From Laetmonice hystrix (taxonomy: Eukaryota): DNA of 64,000 nucleotides. Shown in pieces: positions 24,245-36,510 of this stretch. Under the pieces are notes generated by a model that was not told where the DNA came from, did not search any database, and worked only from the letters and a program-made list of their open reading frames with translations. Made by a program: the position numbers and the translations under genes. Numbering within the stretch: position 1 is the stretch's first letter; every line of letters begins with the position of its first letter. Location of the stretch: the NCBI GenBank assembly GCA_965235115.1, contig OZ249436.1:23066001-23130000 (forward strand). The letters run 5' to 3'.

Positions 24245-24665
24245 TCGTGACATCAACATCATCATAATGTTATAATTTCTTTTTGCAGACTTATCTTTAT
24301 TTTGGGGGGGGATTAATTTGAGTGGGTACTTTTAGATATTCGGTATACGGTAACTTGTTTTGTTCTTGATCTCAGCTGTTAGATTGGTACCCACGTCAAT
24401 TTGTGTTTGTAGTGCATTTTAGTGGTTTTCCAAGGAAAGCAGAGATTGAAATTATAATGAATTTTTTCATGTAATTTTGTATATATGCTGTTTGAGCAGA
24501 CTTACAATCAAATATTCCTTCCCAGTTTTCCATTTTGCAGCAGTTCTGAAATTTTTCTCGGTTTTTAGGTGTTAAATTTCTGAATGATTTTTCCATAGAC
24601 ATTTTCGTTGAAACCCTTAGGAATAACTGAAGTGGAAAATGATCTGTTATGTCATCAACCAGTAT
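24245..24665 (-). mobile_element. CR1/L2-like ORF2 fragment (end of endonuclease and linker)
   Basis: DDITDHFP...FRNLTPKNREKF...ENWEGIFDCKSAQTAY, followed by a CFP and KNKL-like segment. Confidence 0.65.
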
Positions 24666-25303
24666 GTAATTCCGGCCCTTGGATTTCCGGTTGTTCATAA
24701 ATAGGCCTACAATGTAGGCCTATGTTGTCAACGAGTGTTGGAGTGAGTTGTGTATCTCGTGGGTTTTGTAATTAATTCAGATGCTAGCAATAAATTATAG
24801 TTTGGATAGTTTGGATAGGTCAGACGCTTAACAAACGATGCTCAGACACCATTGTGGGCAGGAACATTTGGGTGCCTATTTAAAGCCGAACATACTCGAT
24901 GAAATGAAAGGGGAATATGGCCATCCTTGCTTGTTTACAGGGCCCCCTGGTGGCAACTTAGAGCAGACTTGGCATGTAGAGCCCCCTAGTGGCTGATGGG
25001 TGCTTTACGGCTGTAACATAATAACGAATTTTTTTCTGTCCCCCAAATGCTTCGTTATAACCGGACTCGACTGTATCGTCCAATTTAATATTGGTATTTT
25101 TATCCAAAAGGTTTAAATTTTGACAATACCTAGTTAACACTTTGATAAAACTCGGGTAACACTTACCTGACAAATCAGTCGCACCTGGGTCCCCACTCTT
25201 ACCAATGGAATATGGAAAAAGCTTGACTCCGAGGTTTGACCCGTCTCACCCACAGGCGGTAACCACTTTAGGTATAGGTTTTCTACTATGGTATTAGACA
25301 CCT

Positions 25304-26640
25304 GGGTCATTCCAGGTCAAATCAAATTTTCAGAAAAATCCCCTGGTGACCCCCTTAGAATTCAAACATTTTGTGCATAAATGTACAACATATATTATGA
25401 AGCCTTGCAAAATTTTAGGGCAAAATATCCAATAGTTTTGAAGATATGACCCTTTAAACATGCCCGGGGAAGGGGGGGGTGCGAATTTCGCAAGCTTTTT
25501 TTCACGTTATTTTTTATGTCATGTTCAAGACCCTATAACTTTTGATCCAGAAGAAGTAGAGCTCTGAAATTTTCAGGATTCATCTCACAGGCTGCTATCA
25601 AGAGATATTTATAATTATTGACATGTGGTACAGATCAAGTCAGAAATCATGATTTCATCAATACGAATGTTTGTGAACCAACTTTTGTCCACGAGCCAGA
25701 CAAAAACAAACTGCTTAAAGGGAAATGTGAGTGTTCAAATCGCCACCTAGTGAGTCGCGTTGGTATCACTGGGGAAATGTGAGTATTCAAAGCGCCGCGT
25801 AGTGAACTTTAACAGAAAAATGTTTGGCTTATTTATGCAGTCAACTAGTTTGATGTGGAAATCAGTAGTATTTTTTAAACCATGAACCAAACTGTGTGCC
25901 AGAACCTGTCTACTCCATTGAATGCTATAATCAAGACCCGTGTTTTACCAAGGCACTGACTGTTTGGCAGGCTGTAACTTTTTTTTTAATTCGGTGACCC
26001 CAAATTTTTTTTGTTTTAAACTGTTAGTCCTAATCCACTTTATCTTGTCACCGAGTTTTAGGAAAAAATTGGTGGTCATTTTTTAACTATTAGTCAAAAT
26101 GTCTGAAAAATCCTGTTTTTCCCATTGAAACCTATAGTAAAGACCCATTTTTTACGGAGGCCTGTATAAAAAAATCTAATTCGGTGACATGATTTTTTTT
26201 GTTTCTTTGTACTCCTAAGGACAAAGGCTATCCCCCATAAAAATATTTTGAAAATCCTAGTGGTCAATCAAATTCCGTCGAACACTCACACTTCCCTTTA
26301 AACCTTGAAACCTGTGTACAACATCTCTAGTACCTCGTCTACTAGTGTGTATAATATGAACTCTCTGTTGATTACAACTTCTGAGATATGTGCATCCCAA
26401 TTCGTAACAAATGAAATAATAGTAGTTTCAAGCATATTTTTCAAAAGGAGGGATAGGTTGTACAGTTAAGTATTATATCTCAAATGAAAGAGTGAAATTT
26501 GATCTTTCATTTGATATGCAGAATTCTGCCAATATTCTGAAAAGGGGCATCTCTGAGTATTATATCTAGCGCATCATGTTTTTTTTGGCAAGCAAGCTTC
26601 CAATATTTAACTCCATTAAACTATCTGAAAACCACCGAGT
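25304..26640. mobile_element. Fragment of a DNA transposon with GGGTCATTCCA terminus (same family as 28240)
   Basis: Left end GGGTCATTCCAGGTCAAATCAA...CCCTGGTGACC. The right boundary is uncertain. Confidence 0.45.
25719..26297. mobile_element. Kolobok-like MITE (TTAA TSD)
   Basis: TTAA-AGGGAAATGTGAGTGTTC ... GAACACTCACACTTCCCT-TTAA. Confidence 0.75.
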
Positions 26641-26680
26641 TTAAAGCAGAAATCCTAAGAATCAATACTGTTGAGCTGTT

Positions 26681-26686
26681 TTTATT
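26681..26686 (-). terminator. RPS24: RPS24 polyadenylation signal AATAAA
   Basis: TTTATT on the + strand, about 57 nt downstream of the TGA in the terminal exon. Confidence 0.75.
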
Positions 26687-26742
26687 TGTCTTTCTGTACA
26701 CGTTGGTGAATCTTGGTTGTTTGCTGTTATCTCTTCGGCTCC

Positions 26743-26745
26743 TCA
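26743..26745 (-). CDS. RPS24: RPS24 terminal exon, coding part (TGA stop), then 3' UTR to about 26660
   Basis: Acceptor tcttgtttgtttcag|TGA, followed by AATAAA. Confidence 0.7.
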   Translation of the reverse strand, partial: 

Positions 26746-29700
26746 CTGAAACAAACAAGATTGTAATTATGGTTAAAACTAATACGTGAATGGACAACAC
26801 ACACAAGGTTGATGCTCTGCTGATGAACCGAGCCAATTGTAATATGTCAGGGTGCGCAGCAAATTTCACCAAAAAAAACTCACTTTTCAAGGACTTTTCA
26901 AGGCCATTTTCTTTAGTTTCAAGGACATGCACGCGGCAAAATCTGAGCTTGTATGGTCAATTAATAGGGCTGTATTTGACTTTAGTCAATGCAGATATGT
27001 TTCTTGTTCATGCAATACTTTTTGTGCAAAAATAAAATGACGGAGAATAGCCGACGGCAGTTGCGAGCAGTCAAATTTCCTAAGAATTTAAGACTATATC
27101 ATGCCCCGATTTCGTTACTGCCTCCCTCCCACCAAATTCAAGGATAAAATACAAGAATTCAAGCACTTTTCAAGGTTTGTATTCAGTTTTCAAGACCCTG
27201 TCAAAATTCAAGTACTTTTCAAGCCAGGCCTGAAAATTCAAGCACTTTTCAAGTTGCTGCGCACCCTGTATGTACAGTTCTTTCTAGGTAAGACATGGCA
27301 TGGAGCAGTAATGTGCCTTTTGGCAGCAACTAGTAGCTCAGGAGTGAGGCGCAATACAAAACCCACACCCACTCCACTCATATAGCTTTTCTAAAACTCA
27401 AAACCTTACCTTCTTTCCAGCAGCTCCAACCTTTGCCTTCTTTGTACCTCGTACCTTCTTCTGTCTGTTCTTTCGTTCCTTTCTCTGTTTACGAGTTGGC
27501 TTCTTAACTTCTGGTTGGCCATGCTGTAACAAAGTATAAGAGCACCAAATGAGAAAGTGACCAAGTGACAGGACATTTGTAGGTCTTTAAGGCCAATGAA
27601 AATGGTACCAAAGAAAAATTTATGTACGACTTCCAATCTCTCAATTGTGTGGGTGAGAACCAGTCTATTATGTAGTATATAGTAGTAGAGCAACAGGTTG
27701 ATGCCAATGATCATCTACATTTCGTTGCTTTTGTTTTGTCATTTAGCAGCCTATACAGAATAGATCTACTTCTTGCTCCACTACAGGCACTTGCTAGTAG
27801 CAAGACAAAAACCAGTTCGTCGGCCTATTAGTGCTTGCAAGCGGTGGCTTTGTCTTGCTTCCATCCTTTTTTACTTGTGGCAGATAGATGGCGCTGCCGT
27901 TTGTTATATCACGGCCTGGCCTATTCAACATAGTGGAGTTTGATATCCTATACTCGACTATAATCCTTACTTGGGCCGCATTTTTCAATGATCATCATGT
28001 ACATAGTCGGCTACTAAAAATCACATCCCATATATATGTCATATCACACTTCATTAATTAGCACCAATGAGTAGGCCTTATATGTGTAATAAAAGTTAAA
28101 ACATGATCTAAAAATGTATTCTTTTTCTTTATTGACATGATGGATAATATATTTCAGAGTTAGAGTGCAGAACACAAGACACACAAGATTCTTTAAATAC
28201 TTTAGATACCTAGTCAGGGTTTCCACAGACTTCCTAGTGGGTCATTCCATGTCAAATCAACCAATTTTTGAAAATTTTCCCCGGTGACCATCTTCGATTT
28301 TTTTTTCCAAAGTTGGCATGCAGTTAGACCTGTGTATCTGAAGTACAATCCTAAAATTCTGCTCGGAAATACCCAATGGTCTCCGAGTTACATCCCGATA
28401 AGTGAGGGTGGGGGTACCCCTGAAAAAACATGTTTAATTCTGAGCCATTTTTAGAGGGCTACCATTCGGAAACTGTAAGAGCTGGCAACTTGTATTTTTC
28501 CCCACTGAACCTTCAATATAGACCAGGAAAAAGCGATAGCATTTTAATTCTTTGCTTATTCCTTGGAGCACTATGCCCCCCAAAATAGAAAAAACACATC
28601 AGAGAAAAAAAAATTTAATATTCCAAAATTTTTCATGCGAAGGTTAGTTCTTGTAACTTCTTGATCTTTGGGGATTTGATTTATGGGTATATGAGGTGCA
28701 TGTAGACACCAAAATAATCTTCCAAAAATAGACACAGGTGGTGCCACTAGTGACCACAGTTGGCCGATCGCTAAATATGACCCATTTTGAGAGGCCATTT
28801 TGCCTATATTGACAAGGTGGAAGAGCATTATGATATTTTTTTCTTGATAGAGTACATTTTTGCCATTAAAGAAAACCAAGTCCCTAATGCCTTCCATACT
28901 TCCTTCCCTGTCAAATAATTTTTCAAATAATATCCATTTTAGTAAAGTTCACGTTGTGACGAGATACGAGGTACATTGTTTTCATACCATAAAATTTGTA
29001 TTATTTGCCAAAGAATTCTTCAAAGTGGTAAATAGCCTAAACTGTTTGTAGATTTTTGTATTTAAATTAATTAGTTAATTAATTAATAATAAATTTATAA
29101 ATTACCCAAACTCATGGGGGTATAACAGGGGAACCGTTGGGAATTTAGAAGAAAAATTTCAGAAATGTATTTCAGCCACTGGTTGATTTGACATGGAAAT
29201 TCCACGATTTTTTCAGGCTACATGCAAAATTTCCAATCTGCCAAGTTCCCGACAAATGAGAGAGACCCGATCAGATGATAAACATTAAAATTTGCTGGTC
29301 TAAAGACATATTTTATCTCAAGTCTAAGTCAAGTCAATCAGACATAGGTTTTTCTGAGCCCTGTGAATACAAACATACTTACTCTTACAAGCCTGAATTT
29401 AGGTTCTAATTTTTTTGCGAAGTCCAAACTATCGTATATCAGGGCAAAGCCTATCGTCTTTCCACCTCCGAACTGGGTTCGAAATCCAAAGCAGAAAACA
29501 ACATCTGGAGTGGTTTTGTACATGCGTGCCAGCTTTTCACGAATCTCAGTTTTTGGAACTGTTGCCCGACCAGGATGGAGCACATCAACAACCTGAAAAG
29601 ACAAAGGGGGAAAAATGTCAAAATCAAATATTTATGATAAACGACCTATAAATTTCATGGCCAAGGAAATAAAATGAAATATTTAAGAAATCTGCCACCA

Positions 29701-32700
29701 TTAAAAGGTATTTAATCTAAAGGCATTGCAGCAAAAGTCTGCACAGCTGTATGGCCACAACATCACATGCCACGCCTTCAAGCACTCCTAAAGGCCTGAA
29801 CACACATGGGCATCAAGCGGCATTTTCAAAATGATGCTGTGAATGTTCTGTATAGTTTTCCATTACACCGTTCACACATGGGCGGCATGTCAAAAACCAA
29901 CGCTTGCTGCCCCAATGCCATGACGCGCGACGTTAAAACTGGGAATGCCTCTGGGAGCATTTTTGACGCTCTGCTGCACAGCGAAATCTCAGACGAGCCA
30001 CGACGTCGCCACTTCCCGGACAATGCTGACACCAGACCTACCACAAGGGTGTTTGACGCGTGTCAAGACGCCTGACGGTTGACACTTGCTGCTTGATGCC
30101 CATGTGTGTCCTGGGGACCGTTTCACTAAACACTCGTATTTTACGAGCTCGTATAATCTATAGGTCACAATAGCCAAATGTACGAGTTTTTTGTTGTTTA
30201 CGAGCTATAAGGCCATATACGAGCTCGTACAGTCTTAGTGAAACGAGCCCCAGGCCTTTATTGTGGATCTAAGGCATGTTACCCAATTAATTATTTCTTC
30301 AACTGAACATCTGCAATACTTACCATCTGTTTCCTCTGCAGGAGACGGTTGGTGAGGAATTTCCTAGTTCGCAGGGTTACTATTCCTTCACTCTGGATGA
30401 AAACAAAGGGACAAATAAGCTAGGTATTACAAGTTTAAAATAGGTTACATGTACACAAGTCAGTGCCATCAAATTCTGTGATCCTAGTCAGGAAAGTCCA
30501 TTTTGAAAATGAGAAAATCTGATTTTTTTTTACTGTGTCAATTTTATGAAAATTCCATTTTTCCAAACTTCCACAAATTCAAACTCCCAAACTTCATGAT
30601 CAATTCCAAATAAAATTAACAAAATATATTAAAATCCCAGAACTCTTCCCTAGTACATCATGGAACTTTACAATTAAGGCCTAACAGAAACAAAAATGTG
30701 GAGAAAAAAAAAGAGAACTCCCAAATTCTATGAGTATGACTTTCCATAGTTTTTCCATTTTCCATGACTTTTCCTGGCCTGGAAAACCAAATTTTCCATG
30801 ACCATGCAGGGCTCGAAAAATCACGTGCCCGCGTGCACCTAAATTTTTATCAGGACACCTAAAAAGGATTCTGTCATGAAAGAACGTGCCCAGACTGGCA
30901 CCTTCATATGACTCAGGCCATTACACATACCGTATACGTACAGTCACTACATGCACTCACAGCAGTCAAGACTTTCATGGCTTGCTATGATCCCCCTCCT
31001 CCATGCGAAATTTCCCCTCTGTCTTGTTGGTATCACAATTTACCCTCGCAGAAGTTTAAGAAAAATACAGTAGACTACGTAGACTAACTCTTAGCATCAA
31101 GCATGACATTATCATTTCAACTCAGAATGGCCGGACCCCAAGAATTTTAAGATGGGGAAAAACTAGGTGCCCCTAGCCTTCAGAAAAATTTTCAAGCCCT
31201 GACCATGGGAAACCTGTCAGAGAAAGTGATGACACGTGAAAAAACAGGGGCTATTTATATGTCTGAGACTATCGCCCGTATTCAGAAACTCCACTCACAC
31301 TATTTGAGTGCCAGTCAGCACTAACACTTATTTAGTGTTGGGTTATACTAGTAATAGTAAATGAGCGAGACATTGACGTTAACACTCATTCGCTCCATAG
31401 ACCTCACTCACACTTAAAATAAAGAGTCCACTTATGAGTAAATGTTAAGTTCCATTTGCACATGTGCAGTAACGACAAACAACAATGGCGGACAGGAGGA
31501 ATGAATCCTCGGTTCAGTTTATAGCGAGCGCAGCGGCTCGCGAAGCGAGCTCTATGACAACACGTGTGAAAGGGTAGCCAAGGCAAGACATACCGTCTCA
31601 CATAAAATTTTCGTCACGTAAAGCCGGAACCGGAAAAACCATGGAGCAAATCCATGGAGGGTCATGAGACTGTGTGATTTGTGACGTCACACTAATGAAC
31701 AAACAGTCACACGAGTGTTTGTTGATTAAACCATCTACTGTGACGCCACAATATCCTGACGTTCGGTGCTGCTAAGTGACCAGTCCTGACATTGTATAAT
31801 GTAGGCCTGTAACTCCTGTCACTGCGCTCGCCCTCTAGGTAGCACCCATATTAAAAATGGCTGTAATATATTACAGAATGAGCGCATTACTTCCTAAACT
31901 GTGTGCTGCACACCACCAGATGTTAAGTAATCATACAAGTATTCGTAGATATGAATCAGTGCCGTTTCTTTATTTGAAGGGATTTTGCAAAATCTCTATG
32001 ACCCTGCCAACAACCCTAACACGCCAGAGTATAGCCTATAGTATAGGGGAGAGTCAACGGCTACCTCTCACCTAGCCTCTTACATAGGCCGTGTGTACGG
32101 CCTATCGTCTAGCGAACGCGCTGAGAACAAACGTTCTAGCGCAGAATAAATGTGTGCTAGCGCACCTCTTCCATCACTTCAAATAAAAGATTGCCTTTAC
32201 CTTCAGCTACTGAGCCCAATGAACTTACTTGGTGTTCCTCTAAGCAACAGATTCGGTCCATTTTCCAAACCAAGCGACCACTTTCCATAGTCTTACAACC
32301 GGCGCCATTTCTGTAAACCCACATCCGGGGTCAAGCTCACGAAGGGAGCAGTCATTTCAGACGTTGGCTATTAGTTTGGCGCCATAATGGAGGAATTGCT
32401 GTTTGGTCTAGAATAATGAATGCTCCCCTGCTGATCGCAGGTGTGCATGTTTTGAACATGCGCAGTAGAACAAACAGTATGGCGGCTAACGGCAGTGAAC
32501 CAGCGTGATTCAGAATTTCGAAAGTCTGATTTATTAAAACTTTGGGCAAAAATCCTCGGAAAAGTGTGCAGCAGAGGAACAGAAGATGGGCTGCGTTAGA
32601 ATTGACACCTCAACTGGCAGTAGTTACGATGGATTTTGCACAGCGAGTGATTGACATAGGAGGTAGGGTTTTTCGTGTTAACGCTGTCCGTCCCTACACT

Positions 32701-33903
32701 GGGGACGATACTCCGTCTACCTCCCACCCTAGTCCAGGAACCTAGACCCTGTTCTGCTAGTTTGTTGTCAACAGGGTCTAGGAGTTAAGCTTTCAAATCC
32801 AGTGGCACCTTGCCATGCCTACCCCCGTGGCAAACTTCACTGGCTTCACTCACTCACTACGACTGACTCATCCGGTGACAGCAGACACCTTTTTCTCTCT
32901 CTTCACACCATTATTGGGGTATGTTGATTAATACTGAGTTCGTGTGCGGCTGTCGTTTGCAACCCTCTCTGAAATCGTCGATGAATCTGTCGCCATCTTG
33001 ATTCGAATTTGGTTAGCGGTGACGTCATGGGCATGTTTCTGGTAAAAGTGCAATCGCAATGGGAAGTGAACAGCACCACGCTGGCTGGGAATCTGCGTGG
33101 TTCGTTCCGCCTGGCGGCCACATAACAATTCATATGTTCATGACCAATCGGTCAATCCAACATGGCTATACTTCCGTTCGACGGTTGTGTAGAGAACAGG
33201 CAAAACCGTGCACAAAAGTATGCTTTATAAAGACCGCAACGCAACACATCACCGTGAATCACACATTAATATCTTTTGTATCTACTAACTTGGCAAGTTT
33301 TACCACCCGGAGTGATCCCAAAAGGAAGTTATCAGTCGCCGAATGACGCGAACCCCCGTCACTCGAACGTGAAATGTGGTTGCCACGCAATTTTTCGATT
33401 CAACTGCCAGAGTCTGATACAGACTACATATCACTGCTATTATCAGATATCAGACAGACTCTGGCTTGTTGGAGTACCTCCCACCCCAACCCGTGCACAC
33501 TACTTGTGGACGATAATGAAGGTAAATAAGGCTATTAAGGCATGTCCGAACAGAATCCTCAGAAAAAGTGGATGAGAAAACTTCCTCCCAACGCCAAGTC
33601 AGTAGGTTGGATATTCCTGCTCCGCTGCCCCTTATCTTCACATTACAAAATCATAACAAAAATGACAATTTCCCACAGTGTGACAACGGATAGCCATCCG
33701 ACCAAATTACACTAGGATCTTCAAGCGAAGATCCCTCAATTCGACCCCGTCAATTCGCATACTTATGAACCAAAACACAATGTATCTTCTCAGAACCCCC
33801 ATTAAAGATATTATCTGGCAAGAACTTATGATAATCTGAGTGGATGTCACTTAAATCACATGATATTTGTGGATTCCAAAAAGAGCAACTTTCCACATAC
33901 CAT
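26743..33903 (-). CDS. RPS24: 40S ribosomal protein S24 (eS24), spliced: join(33901-33903, 30324-30392, 29383-29592, 27410-27523, 26743-26745), 132 aa
   Basis: [132 protein letters not shown]|stop. All introns are GT-AG, phase 0. Confidence 0.95.
26848..27268. mobile_element. hAT-like MITE with 5-bp TSD in RPS24 intron 4
   Basis: CAGGGTGCGCAGCAA / TTGCTGCGCACCCTG, with TATGT on both sides. Confidence 0.8.
27410..27523 (-). CDS. RPS24: RPS24 exon 4
   Basis: ttacag|HGQPEVKK...GAAGKK|gtaagg, 114 nt. Confidence 0.95.
28240..29197. mobile_element. Non-autonomous DNA transposon (GGGTCATTCCATGTCAAATCAACC TIR) in RPS24 intron 3
   Basis: TTCCATGTCAAATCAACC at ~28246 and its inverse GGTTGATTTGACATGGAA at ~29181. 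It interrupts a CAGGGTTTCCAC-type repeat. Confidence 0.65.
29383..29592 (-). CDS. RPS24: RPS24 exon 3
   Basis: cttttcag|VVDVLHPG...KFRLVR|gtaagt, 210 nt. Confidence 0.97.
29793..30256. mobile_element. Harbinger MITE with a second Harbinger MITE (30114-30250) inserted in its right TIR
   Basis: Outer TIR GGCCTGAACACACATGGGCATCAAGC. Inner TIR GGG(A/C)(C/T)CGTTTCACTAA, flanked by CTG and CAG. Confidence 0.75.
30324..30392 (-). CDS. RPS24: RPS24 exon 2
   Basis: tttcatccag|[23 protein letters not shown]|gtaagt, 69 nt. Confidence 0.95.
30807..31201. mobile_element. hAT-like MITE with 6-bp TSD, nested in a TTTTCCATGAC-type repeat
   Basis: CAGGGCTCGAAAA / TTTTCAAGCCCTG, with ACCATG on both sides. 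Confidence 0.7.
33901..33903 (-). CDS. RPS24: RPS24 exon 1, coding part (ATG only)
   Basis: Minus strand CCTTTTCTACGCCATCTTCACCAAGAATC-ATG|gtatgt. Confidence 0.85.
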
Positions 33904-34045
33904 GATTCTTGGTGAAGATGGCGTAGAAAAGGCCGAAAACACCGGGCAGAGAACTTCCGCTTCCTACCAGAGATATCCCATGAACCCTGCGCATACTCAC
34001 CAGGTGGCGCCAGTGATTTCCTCAAACAGGGACTTCCGGTACAGG
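33904..34045 (-). promoter_or_regulatory. RPS24: RPS24 promoter/5' UTR: TCT (5'TOP) initiator, YY1 and ETS/GABP sites
   Basis: CCTTTTCT at 33925-33932 (TSS about 33931), CGCCATCTT at ~33915-33923, GGAAGCGGAAGT at ~33953-33964, ACCGGAAGT at ~34032-34040. Confidence 0.8.
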
Positions 34046-34726
34046 GGGGACAAGAGAAGTGTAGTCAAAAAGACTCTATGAAAGAGTGTAGCTGTAGGAT
34101 GATCACTCTTTGACTCGACTACCAGTCCTAACATGTGGCGGGCAACAAGCCTAACGTTCATTGCGCAAGGCTTGCGAAGTTGTAGTAAGAAACGGACTTG
34201 CTGATTGATTAAAAATAATGGGCGTGTAAATGACTCTATCTTCGCGCTACCATTCGCCACGACGTTCGCTGGAGACAGCGGTCTCGGTCACCCGACTGCC
34301 GCTGAGCCCAGTGAGGGTCTGGGGCCCGTTTCACTAACAACTGTGGAGACAGTGGAATGGAAGTTGCAAATCAGCGTCACAGCAGAGAGTGGTCACAGCT
34401 CGAGGTAGACAGGTAGATTACGGACGGTAAATCTAGCGGCACAGTTACACTTACACTAGTTACAGATCAGCTGTCACCGACACAGGTGACAGGGGCCCAG
34501 GGGCAACATAAAATATAATTTTTTGCAATATTCAATTAAAGGCAGCGGTTATTCCAGTAGCATACCCAGGGGGTGCTTGGGGTGCTCAAGCACCCCCCTC
34601 AATTTGCCCAATTTTTTTTGGGTGCGCTTGTTGCCTCGTAAAAGCCGTAAAAAATAAGACTAAGACGTTGATTATTTCCACTACAGCACCCCCTGGGTCC
34701 AGTTTCTGGGTACGGCCGTACACCAC

Positions 34727-35392
34727 TTTATTATACCTTTGCACTAAATAACGAGCGCTAATTGGCTGAGCTACTAGTGTAATAAAAATATCTGTATTAC
34801 CCCTGTCCACTGACCTAAAAATAGTTGGACCCAGTTCTGTACCAATAAACATCCAGCATTTGTACCATGTGATTTGTGTTTGACCTACTTTAAATCCTGT
34901 ATCACCACTGTTTACTGACCCAGATCTGGTCCGACCTCATTTTTCCACCAATGAACGGAGAGTGCGTGTTTTAATACCTACGTCACAATTCATTTGTTCC
35001 ACTGTTACCTTACGTCACAATCCTTTTGTTGAATTGTTACCATGAACGATGTCGTCAAAATGACCTACCCCCGGTACGTCATAATTCATCGTCATAGTTA
35101 TGTCACAATGTTGTAATCGCGTCGCATAAAATAGTCACCAATACAGCGCATTTTTACTAAGTGAGAAACAATTAATCCAACTTAAATATATTACCATTGA
35201 TTAATATATGAAAAAGGTATAATAAATACAGGAACAAACTCGTGTGTGATAACGGGATTCTGTATCAGACTCGGCGGCAAGCGTGGAGATTCACATCAGC
35301 ACTCGTGCTTCGCCCTCGTGCTGATATTACTCCACGCTTGCCGCCTCGTCTGATACAGAATCCTGTATCACACACTCGGTCGTTCCTGTGTA
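34727..35392. mobile_element. Crypton-like non-autonomous element, relative of the 4551-6271 element
   Basis: TTATTATACC/GGTATAATAA inverted repeat and a terminal palindrome ACAGGAACAAACTCGTGTG...CACACTCGGTCGTTCCTGT closely matching 5242-5405. Confidence 0.7.
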
Positions 35393-35479
35393 TGTATTCT
35401 GCCGGCGTATGGATGGGTCATGTGACTGCAAGAGCATTCTTATTAGATGTTGTCTGACAGCAGAATAGCGGATTATTAG

Positions 35480-35934
35480 GGTGTCAGGTGAAAACGTCCC
35501 CAACCAAAGACGTCCCTAAGTGAAAACGTCCCCAAGGTGAAACGTCCCCATTAGGCCTATGTATTGTTCTATATCACTTAGACTCTATTTGTGAATTGTT
35601 TGTTACACGTTAGTGTGATACCTTGTTACAGGCCTTATAAAGTTATATTAGATTGAGAGAATGCCCAACATGTGCGCCCCTCGCAAAATCCGCCCGGCAT
35701 GTCCAAACCATCCTCTCCCTTCCCTACCTCCTCGCGGAACACATTTCATGACATCGGCCTTCGGACAGTAGATTTACAAGGTACGGCCCAAAGTAAAATC
35801 ATTCTTTTCATGGAATACATTTTCCAACCAGTGGATCAGCGGGAGCATGCCGAGGGGCGGACATATGACCGGTGGTGGTTGGGGACGTTTTCACTTAGGG
35901 ACGTCCTTGCATGGGGACGTTTTCACTGGCATTC
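35480..35934. mobile_element. MITE with GTGAAAACGTCCCC subterminal repeats and 8-bp TSD
   Basis: ATTATTAG on both sides, with inverted repeat blocks at both ends. Confidence 0.7.
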
Positions 35935-35951
35935 ATTATTAGCGAAGTTTA

Positions 35952-36318
35952 GGCCCGGTTTCCATGTACGCGGAATTTCTGGCACTGAAAATTCAGCGTG
36001 CAATTTTTATGCTTGATAGCAAACGGGGAGTCCCTTTCCATGTGAGCGTTTCAGCAGCTGACTCAGCCCATCACGTGGGTCTTGGCCCCCATAAACTGAG
36101 GAATTCCACCCAGAACTCCCCTGCATGGTGACATTGTCCAGCTGTCCTGACAGCTACCCGCACGCGAAAAAGTTCATGAGCGACTGAATTTTCAGTGCGC
36201 ATGTGGAAACACGTACATGGAAACGGTACATTTGTTATGCACAGGATCGACTTTTCACCATGCAGTCTGTGAAAACGCACACGTTTTCACTTACATGTAC
36301 ATGTATGGAAACCGGGCC
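35952..36318. mobile_element. PIF/Harbinger MITE
   Basis: TTA-GGCCCGGTTTCCAT ... ATGGAAACCGGGCC-TTA. Confidence 0.85.
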
Positions 36319-36424
36319 TTACGGGGGTTTCCATAAATTAGTTCCTGCAAAGCCCACTAGCTGGCACCAGTCACTGGGTAAATGTGCTGAGTCGCATGCA
36401 GTCACTGCTTCTTCCGGAGTCATG

Positions 36425-36510
36425 GACTAGGGGCTGGACAGTGAAGGAATTACAAAAGTATTTGGCAGAAAGAGGTTTGCCATGCAACAAGAAGACCAAA
36501 CTAGATAGCA
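36425..36510 (+). pseudogene. SAP-motif-like remnant, probably transposon-derived
   Basis: WTVKELQKYLAERGLPCNKKTKLD resembles the SAP pattern xVxELxxxLxxRGL. It is an isolated fragment. Confidence 0.35.

Noticed and set aside
27406..27714. 102-aa ORF from the track
   Set aside because: Wrong-frame read-through of RPS24 exon 4 and intron.
26746..33900. Intronic snoRNAs in RPS24
   Set aside because: A minus-strand ATGATGA at ~27992 has no suitably placed CTGA, and a hairpin at ~27341-27376 lacks clear H/ACA boxes. A covariance-model search would be needed to exclude them.
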